This document shows, in pieces, positions 27,376 to 34,432 of a DNA stretch of 34,432 nucleotides. The position numbers and the translations under genes were made by a program. Source of the DNA: an uncultured Bacteroidales bacterium (lineage in GTDB: Bacteria > Bacteroidota > Bacteroidia > Bacteroidales > UBA12077); the NCBI GenBank assembly GCA_964472385.1, contig CAYYLT010000004.1:1-34432 (forward strand), read 5' to 3'. The notes under the pieces are model-generated. The model worked only from the letters and a program-made list of their open reading frames with translations, ran no database searches and was not told the DNA's origin. Positions within the stretch are counted from its first letter, which is position 1. Each line of letters begins with the position of its first letter.

Positions 27376-27542
27376 TATTTACCGGCAACTCATTAAACAT
27401 TCTCACATTGAAGCATTCATTAAAAGCAACCAGAAGGCTTTGCAGGGCATTGCCATGATAAAGCTGATACAAACGCAGCCCGCACAGATAAAAGTTTTTT
27501 CAATAGCGGCCGAATGCTATGTGAATGAACCGGGCTGCATGC

Positions 27543-28865
27543 TCACGGCTTCAGATTTTTGTTGACAACATACCTGAGGGGTCTGACAATGCGCTCCAAC
27601 AAACGGATGTCTTTTGTTATGACCTCAGCTTTTCCCTGCATCTGCTGAGAAAACTGTAATTCTATACCGTAAAAGGTGGTTAATCCTTCGGGTAATCCAA
27701 CTTCTACTGAGTATGCTTGATCTTCAGGTACAAGTGAAATGGATCGGACCACTCCCTTCACCATACCATACTCCAATACAGGATAATTGGTAAATTGAAT
27801 ATTCACTTTCTGTCCCTCTTTTACTTTTCCGGCACCCCGGAAAGGCAGGGTCATTTTACCAATGATCTCACCCGCTGTTTGCGGAAGGACGGTCATAACC
27901 CGTTTTCCTGACTCTACATATTGATTTGCACTCCAGTAGCTCGTAAACGTAACTTTCCCGTCAGTAGGGGAGGAGAGATAGTATTTCCTTTTCCACTCTT
28001 TAATGGCTGCTTTCAGGTTATCCAAATTTTCCGCAAGGTTTAGCTTAAGCTGGTTCTTTTGCCGCTTGTATTGCAATTCCAGCTCCAGCATGTTCTGTTC
28101 AATACGCGAGAGTTGTATTCTGGAATTCGAAAGACTTATCTCTATTTGTTCCAGGGCATATTTTTTATTCAGCAACTGAGACTCCGATTTTTCGTATTCC
28201 GCCTCGGGAATGACCTCCTTTTCATACAGTATAGAATCTCTTTGTAACTGGCGTTTGATAAGCTCATATTCCTCCTGGATAATGGATTTTTGATTCAACA
28301 ATTGTTGATAATATTGTTTGGAACGTGTTAATTCATCTTTCAGTGAATTGATCTTTTGTTGATGGTAATTCAATCGGATAAAATGGTTAAGCTCTTCAAG
28401 TTTTTTGAGAAAGATGGCATATTGGGGTTGCACTTCCCCTAATCTGTAATGCGCTTTCAGTGGGGTAAGCGCTGGGTTCGGATTCATGGTATGTTCATCT
28501 AAATCCGTTAACCTGTCTTCCAGTTCCAATACATCCCTGTAATCGGCAGTATTTTCAATGATTGCCAATGCCTGGCCTTTGTCAACCTGCTGTTTATCCT
28601 GAACCAGCATGTGATCTATCTTGCCGCTTGACCGGACGACGATGGGTGCCGGAGGATTTTGGGTAGTTACGACAATTTTTGAGGGCACAACATCCGGATA
28701 CTTAAAAAACCAGCTACCTGCAATGAGCATGGCAATTAGCACAAAAATGAACGTGATGCCCCATCGCACCATCCATCGGGGAGGCCGGCCCAGGATATCC
28801 TTGAATGCTTCCGAGCGGAGATGGATATTATCTGCTTCCTTTTCTGAAGGTTTTTGTGTTGACAT
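27543..28865 (-). CDS. HlyD-family secretion adaptor (bacteriocin-exporter accessory type)
   Basis: N-terminal TM (WGITFIFVLIAMLIAGSWFF), lipoyl-like hairpin, a long coiled coil and a C-terminal beta-barrel. Start placed at the Met at 28865 (MSTQKPSE), 7 nt after the rsmI stop, rather than 28955, which would overlap rsmI by 83 nt. Confidence 0.8.
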   Translation of the reverse strand: MSTQKPSEKEADNIHLRSEAFKDILGRPPRWMVRWGITFIFVLIAMLIAGSWFFKYPDVVPSKIVVTTQNPPAPIVVRSSGKIDHMLVQDKQQVDKGQALAIIENTADYRDVLELEDRLTDLDEHTMNPNPALTPLKAHYRLGEVQPQYAIFLKKLEELNHFIRLNYHQQKINSLKDELTRSKQYYQQLLNQKSIIQEEYELIKRQLQRDSILYEKEVIPEAEYEKSESQLLNKKYALEQIEISLSNSRIQLSRIEQNMLELELQYKRQKNQLKLNLAENLDNLKAAIKEWKRKYYLSSPTDGKVTFTSYWSANQYVESGKRVMTVLPQTAGEIIGKMTLPFRGAGKVKEGQKVNIQFTNYPVLEYGMVKGVVRSISLVPEDQAYSVEVGLPEGLTTFYGIELQFSQQMQGKAEVITKDIRLLERIVRPLRYVVNKNLKP

Positions 28866-28872
28866 AGGATCT

Positions 28873-29553
28873 TTATTTGATGTTGGTTCCTTCAATGACC
28901 ATGACGATTTCTCCCCGGATATCTTTTCGTTGGAAGTGTTCGTATAGATCCCCAAGGCTACCCCGCAAGGTTTCTTCGTGCAGCTTGGTTAATTCTCTTG
29001 AAACCGAAGCCCTTCGTTCTTTACCAAAAAAATCAATCAACTGTTCCAGCGATTTTAATAAACGGTGGGGAGATTCGTACAATATTATGGTTCTTGTTTC
29101 TTGCTTAAGCATTTCCAGGCGTTTTTTCCGGCCTTTTTTTCGGGGTAAAAAACCCTCGAATACAAATTTATCGCAGGGTAAACCTGAATTGATCAGGGCT
29201 GGAATGAAAGCAACTGCTCCGGGAAGGGTTTCAACTTCTATTCCGTTTTTCAAACAGGTTGTCACAAGTAAATATCCGGGATCGGATATGCCGGGAGTTC
29301 CGGAATCACTTACCAGTGCCACGTTCTGATGCTGTATCCCCATATCTTGCACCAGTTTACCGGTCTTATCATGTTCGTTGAATTTATGATGGGATTCAAT
29401 TTTGTTCTTGATGCCATAATGGTTGAGCAGTTTTTTGGTCTGACGGGTATCTTCGGCAAGAATGAGTGTAGCCTCACCAAGGATCCTTACAGCCCGGTAG
29501 GTGATATCTTCCAGATTACCGATGGGGGTGGGGATGATGTAGAGTTTGGACAT
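28873..29553 (-). CDS. rsmI: 16S rRNA (cytidine1402-2'-O)-methyltransferase RsmI
   Basis: LYIIPTPIGNLEDIT...ILAEDTR N-terminus, SDSGTPGISDPG motif, tetrapyrrole-methylase-like fold, 226 aa. Confidence 0.9.
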   Translation of the reverse strand: MSKLYIIPTPIGNLEDITYRAVRILGEATLILAEDTRQTKKLLNHYGIKNKIESHHKFNEHDKTGKLVQDMGIQHQNVALVSDSGTPGISDPGYLLVTTCLKNGIEVETLPGAVAFIPALINSGLPCDKFVFEGFLPRKKGRKKRLEMLKQETRTIILYESPHRLLKSLEQLIDFFGKERRASVSRELTKLHEETLRGSLGDLYEHFQRKDIRGEIVMVIEGTNIK

Positions 29554-29726
29554 ATCACATTTGTTGGTGTTGGCTTTCCATTTTATCCTGTGTTGTTAGA
29601 GGATATATATCATTTTCCTGAAAAAACGTGCTTATATTAACCCTTTAATAGCCTGTAACCATTGCTTTGCCTGTCGCATCTGGCGAAATCCATAGGTATT
29701 CTTATGCTACAGGATGAACAAACCGA

Positions 29727-30524
29727 TCATCCATGAATAAACTTTCTTCTCACCAGATCCATGAATTTGCTAACCTCGGGTTGGTCTTCATCCCAAGTAA
29801 ACCGTTCCCGGATATAATCCTCAGCTTCTTGTAAACTGGGCATCTCATTGATGATTTGCACCGCTTCGTAATATGCTTCCTTATTGCCTTCAAATAGCTC
29901 CTTGATAAAAAGAAAACGGTCGTTCAGGCCAATAGCCTTGCTAAGATCCTGGATGGGTTTGGATTGCATCTTTGTTGACAGGACGTTATGATCCTGCTTG
30001 CTTGCCAGGCTGTCGTGCATCGACGTTTTGGTATTGAAATATTTATCCGCCAAAATCTCGGGAGCATTGCCTTTTTCCTGTACCGGCTTTTGAACCGTTT
30101 GGCTTTCTTCTACCGATTGATCTTCATAGGCTATTCTTTTGGCTTTATTTGATGACCCTTGATGTTTTGGCGTTTTTTCTTTTTCAGGGGATTGTCTTTT
30201 TTCTTTATCTGCAGCCTCGCGTTCCTGTTTCGGCTCTTTTTCCTTAACCGGTTTATCTTTTATAGATTCTGCTTTGCCCGGGTCTTGGCTGACTGGTTGA
30301 TCGTCATTTGGAAATTCAAATGTGATTTCTTTGGTACGGGCCGTGCTTTCATGGGAGTAATTTCGGTCAATATACACCATTTCATCATAAAGATGGCGTA
30401 TTTTTTCCATGAGCATATCCCTTTCAATCCTTTCCATTTTTCCGGCATTTTTTATATCGATGGTATAATACTCAATATCTTTTATTTCCTGTATTATCCT
30501 GTCAAGTTTCTGCTTAAAATCCAT
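29727..30524 (-). CDS. Hypothetical protein with a K/E-rich central linker
   Basis: 265-aa ORF. Structured N-terminal region of about 60 aa and C-terminal region of about 80 aa (LNDRFLFIKELFEGNKEAYYEAV...) joined by a low-complexity E/K/P/Q-rich segment. No family recognised. Confidence 0.55.
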   Translation of the reverse strand: MDFKQKLDRIIQEIKDIEYYTIDIKNAGKMERIERDMLMEKIRHLYDEMVYIDRNYSHESTARTKEITFEFPNDDQPVSQDPGKAESIKDKPVKEKEPKQEREAADKEKRQSPEKEKTPKHQGSSNKAKRIAYEDQSVEESQTVQKPVQEKGNAPEILADKYFNTKTSMHDSLASKQDHNVLSTKMQSKPIQDLSKAIGLNDRFLFIKELFEGNKEAYYEAVQIINEMPSLQEAEDYIRERFTWDEDQPEVSKFMDLVRRKFIHG

Positions 30525-30799
30525 AATTTTGTTTACTTTTATGTTGATACAAAAATAACGAATATATTAAGAAAATGGGATACATGTTCCTATTGTTAAT
30601 GGCATTTCCAACAGGGTTCTGTCAGGCCCGGCCAGGGTCGAAGTTGTGCGCAATGGATTCGTCTTAATCCGATAACGCGTGAATTGCAATCTTTTATACG
30701 CAGATGCGTTATAAAATTAACGATAACATCATGGATTGCGGGTTATCGTTGACAGATCAAATTTCGGGCCACGATGCCTGAACATCAAAATTTCATCAT

Positions 30800-33265
30800 A
30801 TGGATGATTATACCATAACCGATTTAGCCCGATATACATCAGGGAAACTTTATCAGGGCAGCGATTCGCTGATCAGGCATCTGGTGATAGACAGCCGGAG
30901 GATTTTTTCTCCGGAGGATACTGTTTTTTTTGCCATTGTTGGCGAGCGGCACGATGGACATGATTATATCGCTGAATTATGGGAACGGGGGGTGAAAAAC
31001 TTTGTGGTTTCACGGTTGCCTGGGGATATTGATTCTTTTTCCGGAGCAAATTTTGTTAAGGTACCCTCTGCATTGGCTGCTTTGCAGCAATTTGCGGCCC
31101 ATCACAGAAATCACTTTGATTATTCGGTTGTAGGGATAACCGGAAGCAATGGAAAAACCATTGTCAAGGAATGGATCCATCATGTATTGGAGGATCAGTA
31201 TCATATTATCCGAAGTCCCAAAAGCTATAATTCTCAGATCGGTGTACCCCTTTCCGTATGGGGGATGGGCGAGGATCATCATTTGGCTGTTTTTGAGGCG
31301 GGTATTTCAAAACCCCGTGAAATGTACCGGCTGGAAAATATTATCCAGCCTGACGTGGGCATTTTTACCAATATTGGAGAAGCCCACCAGGAAAATTTCC
31401 GGGATCTCAGCGAAAAGATCGATGAAAAACTGCAGCTTTTTGAGGAATCGGATGTGCTTATATACTGCAAAGACCATGAGTTGATCGACAAACGCATCCG
31501 GGTCAATGATCAGCTCACGGACATCACATTGCTCTGCTGGTCGGAAGATGGTGATGCTGATCTGATCATTAACCGTATAAGCAGCAGTACAACGCATACC
31601 ACCATTAATGGGATCTATGGTCAGCGGAAAGTGGATATTGTCATTCCCTTTCATGACCGGGGTTCCCTAGAGAATGCCATTCATGTGTGGCTGTTGATGT
31701 TGCATCTTGGCATTGAGGAAGAGTTGATTCAGCGAAGGATGGCTCAGCTTCCCGTTATTGCCATGCGGCTGGAAATGAAAAAAGGCATTAACCATTGTAC
31801 CCTGATCAACGACAGTTACAATTCCGACCTCGGCTCGCTGAAAATTGCCCTGGATACCCTGAACCAACAAAACCAGCACCGCACCAAAACACTGATCCTT
31901 TCTGATATTCTGCAAAGTGGAAGGGATGAAAAGGAATTGTATGATGAGGTGTCTGATCTTGTTCAGCACAATGGCATCGACCGCATGATCGGTATAGGTA
32001 AGGCTATATATGCGAACAGGGAATGTTTTGATGTGCGCGGGCGTTTTTTTTCTTCCACTGAGCAGTTTATGTCGGCCCTGCCTGAGCAAAATTTCCGCAA
32101 TGAAGCCATCTTGCTCAAAGGATCAAGGGATTTTCATTTTGAAAAGATCAGTCATGCCCTTGAAGAGAAGATGCATCAAACGCGCCTGGATATTGACCTG
32201 GATGCACTGGTACATAATTTGAATGTGTTCCGTTCCAAACTAAATCAACATACCCGGATCATGGCCATGGTAAAAGCTTTTTCTTATGGTAGCGGTACCT
32301 ATGAAATAGCAAATGTTTTACAATACCAGCGGGTAGATTACCTGGGTGTAGCTTTTGCCGATGAAGGGGTGAGCTTACGCGAAGCAGGGATCACAGTCCC
32401 CATTGTGGTTATGAACCCCGAGGAAGAAAGCTTTGCCCTGATGATAGACTATGAGCTGGAACCTGAAATATATAACTTTCGTGTGCTGGATCATTTTAAA
32501 AAGATGGTGGACAATTACGGAGGTAAGGCATATCCCGTTCATATCAAGCTGGATACCGGGATGAACCGGCTTGGATTTAAAGAAAATCAGATAGACGGGT
32601 TGATCGACCGGTTAAAAAACCTGGAATATCTAAAGGTATATTCCGTATTTTCTCATTTGGCAGCCAGTGATGAGCCGGAGAATGATCATTTTACGAAAGC
32701 TCAGTTCCGGTTGTTTGATAAGCTCAGCAACAGGCTCAGGGACGTCTTGCCTTATCCTGTTGCACGGCATATTTTAAATTCTGCAGGAATAGAGCGTTTT
32801 CCGGAACATCAATACGAGATGGTTCGTTTGGGTATCGGGTTGTATGGTATCAGCGCTATCGAGGAGAATCAGCTTCGCAATATCAGTACGTTTAAAAGTA
32901 CGGTTATTCAGGTGAAAAATGTAAATCAGGGGGATACCATTGGCTATGGACGCAAAGGGAAAGCGGAAAAAGATTTAAAAATTGCCATTATCCCGGTTGG
33001 CTATGCCGACGGATTCAAGCGGTCGTTGGGCAACGGTAATGGAAGGCTGTATATTAACGGATATTATGTTCCCACTATCGGTGACATTTGCATGGATATG
33101 TGTATGGCCGACATCACAGGCTGCGAGGTTCAGGAAGGGGATGAGGTGATCGTTTTCGGTCCACCCATACCCATTACTGAGCTGGCCCGTAAAACAGGAA
33201 CCATCCCTTACGAAATATTTACAGGCATATCGGAGCGTGTGAAAAGAATTTATTTCCAGGCCTGA
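30800..33265 (+). CDS. murF: Bifunctional UDP-N-acetylmuramoyl-tripeptide--D-alanyl-D-alanine ligase (MurF) / alanine racemase (Alr) fusion
   Basis: N-terminal Mur ligase with GITGSNGKT. From about residue 460 an alanine racemase domain with PLP-lysine motif AMVKAFSYGSG and PVGYADGF. Single uninterrupted 821-aa ORF. Confidence 0.9.
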   Translation: MDDYTITDLARYTSGKLYQGSDSLIRHLVIDSRRIFSPEDTVFFAIVGERHDGHDYIAELWERGVKNFVVSRLPGDIDSFSGANFVKVPSALAALQQFAAHHRNHFDYSVVGITGSNGKTIVKEWIHHVLEDQYHIIRSPKSYNSQIGVPLSVWGMGEDHHLAVFEAGISKPREMYRLENIIQPDVGIFTNIGEAHQENFRDLSEKIDEKLQLFEESDVLIYCKDHELIDKRIRVNDQLTDITLLCWSEDGDADLIINRISSSTTHTTINGIYGQRKVDIVIPFHDRGSLENAIHVWLLMLHLGIEEELIQRRMAQLPVIAMRLEMKKGINHCTLINDSYNSDLGSLKIALDTLNQQNQHRTKTLILSDILQSGRDEKELYDEVSDLVQHNGIDRMIGIGKAIYANRECFDVRGRFFSSTEQFMSALPEQNFRNEAILLKGSRDFHFEKISHALEEKMHQTRLDIDLDALVHNLNVFRSKLNQHTRIMAMVKAFSYGSGTYEIANVLQYQRVDYLGVAFADEGVSLREAGITVPIVVMNPEEESFALMIDYELEPEIYNFRVLDHFKKMVDNYGGKAYPVHIKLDTGMNRLGFKENQIDGLIDRLKNLEYLKVYSVFSHLAASDEPENDHFTKAQFRLFDKLSNRLRDVLPYPVARHILNSAGIERFPEHQYEMVRLGIGLYGISAIEENQLRNISTFKSTVIQVKNVNQGDTIGYGRKGKAEKDLKIAIIPVGYADGFKRSLGNGNGRLYINGYYVPTIGDICMDMCMADITGCEVQEGDEVIVFGPPIPITELARKTGTIPYEIFTGISERVKRIYFQA

Positions 33266-33626
33266 AACGTTTTTTACTGCAAACCCTGAATATCCACACT
33301 GTTTTATTATTCTCGGTATCATTTCGATCCCGCACTGACTTTATGCATCAACACAGGTTGATTGTCAAATGCAATCGTTTTCATATATATCAAACGTTTC
33401 TGCAAACGTTACCGGCTTTTTTTATACGCTGCAGGTTGGATCTTATCTCAGCTCGTTATATTTTGGTCATCTTGTACAAGGACTTTCATCCTTGCAATAT
33501 TAAACTGTAATAATCTATTCTGTATTATTTATGCAGGCTATGGGAGGCTGGCCTGTATTGTTTTACACCTTAAAGGGTGTCCATAACAGAACATGTAACT
33601 ACTAAATAGATAAATACATACATACG

Positions 33627-34432
33627 ATGATCAAAGAAGGTTTTACGCATGCCAGATCCAACAAAACACTGGAGCTTACCTATGATATTCTCATTGTTGG
33701 CGGGGGGATGGCCGGTGTTTGTGCAGCATTAGCGGCAGGCAGAAGAGGATGTAAGGTGGCATTGATCCAGGACCGGCCTGTCCTGGGCGGGAATGCATCC
33801 AGCGAAGTAAGATTGTGGGCGCTGGGCGCCACTTCTCATATGGGTAATAACAACCGCTGGGCACGAGAAAGCGGAATCCTTGGGGAGATACTGGTGGAGA
33901 ATGTTTTTCGCAATAAAGAAGGCAATGCAGTGAAGTTTGATGTTGTCTTGATTGAAAAGGTGAAGGAAAATCCCCATATTGATCTTTATCTGAATACGAT
34001 AGCCTACCATATCGATAAAAAGGATGCGCATCATATTGATCGTGTGATTGCCTTTAATCCGCAAAATTCGACGATTTATCATTTCCGGGCGGGAATTTTC
34101 ATTGATTCATCCGGAGATGGTATTGTATCGTACCAGGCAGGTGTGCCTTTTAGAATGGGAGCGGAGCCTCCCGAAGAGTTTGATGAGAAGTTTGCGCCTG
34201 ATGTCAGTGATTATGGTGAATTGCTCGGTCATACGCTTTATTTCTATTCCAAGAAAGTGGATCATCCCGTTAAATTTCTCCCCCCTGATTTTGCCCTGAA
34301 AGACATTGAAAAAGTGACGAAAATAAAGGATGTCAATATCGATGACATTGGCACCAAATTTTGGTGGCTTGAATATGGCGGCAGACATGATACCATTCAC
34401 GAGACGGAGGAGATCAAATATGAATTGTGGAA
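33627..34432 (+). CDS. FAD-dependent oxidoreductase (FAD_oxidored-type), 3'-truncated by the window end
   Basis: Not in the ORF track because it runs off the window. My translation from the ATG at 33627 gives MIKEGFTHARSNKTLELTYDILIVGGGMAGVCAALAAGRRGCKVALIQDRPVLGGNASSE..., a dinucleotide-binding GGGxAG motif, and stays open to 34432. Confidence 0.75.
   Translation, partial: MIKEGFTHARSNKTLELTYDILIVGGGMAGVCAALAAGRRGCKVALIQDRPVLGGNASSEVRLWALGATSHMGNNNRWARESGILGEILVENVFRNKEGNAVKFDVVLIEKVKENPHIDLYLNTIAYHIDKKDAHHIDRVIAFNPQNSTIYHFRAGIFIDSSGDGIVSYQAGVPFRMGAEPPEEFDEKFAPDVSDYGELLGHTLYFYSKKVDHPVKFLPPDFALKDIEKVTKIKDVNIDDIGTKFWWLEYGGRHDTIHETEEIKYELW

Noticed and set aside
27376-27542. Search for double-glycine precursor mini-ORFs downstream of the HlyD gene
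   Set aside because: Only a 17-codon ORF (MAMPCKAFWLLLMNASM) is present, and it has no GG motif. There is no credible cargo gene here.
33393-33423. Possible terminator after murF-alr: AACGTTT-CTGC-AAACGTT followed by ACCGGC and seven Ts
   Set aside because: The stem is only 7 bp and AT-rich, it sits 6 nt from the T-run, and it lies about 130 nt past the stop codon. The AAACGTTT palindrome could equally be an operator half-site. The evidence is too weak to call either way.
33362-33586. 74-aa TTG-initiated ORF between murF-alr and the FAD oxidoreductase
   Set aside because: It has a non-ATG start, a hydrophobic and Cys-rich junk-like composition, and lies in what is probably a promoter region. 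No family resemblance.
1-34432. tRNA, rRNA, transposase, integrase, toxin-antitoxin or defence-system genes
   Set aside because: Scanning by eye found no T-loop-type GGTTCGAATCC motifs, no rRNA-like conserved blocks, and no ORF with transposase, integrase, nuclease-helicase or Cas-like motifs. Absence by eye is not proof, and a covariance-model or HMM scan would settle it.

Overview
The window looks like a chromosomal segment of a Bacteroidota-type genome. It is AT-rich, roughly 40% GC by eye (not computed). It is densely coding, with no transposase, integrase, CRISPR array, tRNA or rRNA that I could recognise. The largest block is a nine-gene minus-strand Bat/MoxR aerotolerance-type operon (9045-17901): MoxR ATPase, an extra small secreted protein, DUF58, a DUF4381-like membrane protein, then BatA to BatE. 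The most interesting block is a tight four-gene plus-strand operon (21584-24265). It encodes the functionally unsolved AmmeMemoRadiSam triad (AMMECR1-like, radical SAM, Memo-like) with an acylphosphatase embedded in it. Its AMMECR1 member has lost the family's hallmark motifs. Other content: a stand-alone FIST sensor with a small upstream partner ORF; a C39-peptidase bacteriocin-type ABC exporter whose HlyD-type adaptor lies about 23.5 kb away next to rsmI; a Zn alcohol dehydrogenase; a PQQ/BamB-like beta-propeller lipoprotein split by a frame change; a LiaF-like membrane protein; truA; an output-less HAMP-GAF membrane sensor; an orphan DUF1987 (SiaC-like) protein; a DUF2752 plus small membrane protein pair; a LuxC-like acyl-CoA reductase; miaA; rsmI; a MurF-alanine racemase fusion; and a 3'-truncated FAD oxidoreductase. 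Non-coding oddities are a composite decamer-repeat and long imperfect palindrome element between convergent genes (20654-20819), a roughly 105-nt near-perfect hairpin upstream of miaA (26321-26425), a GATAAC/GTTATC-rich structured leader upstream of murF-alr, and short tandem repeats downstream of the exporter. I see no clear-cut new defence or mobile system. All functional calls rest on motif recognition by eye, not database searches.
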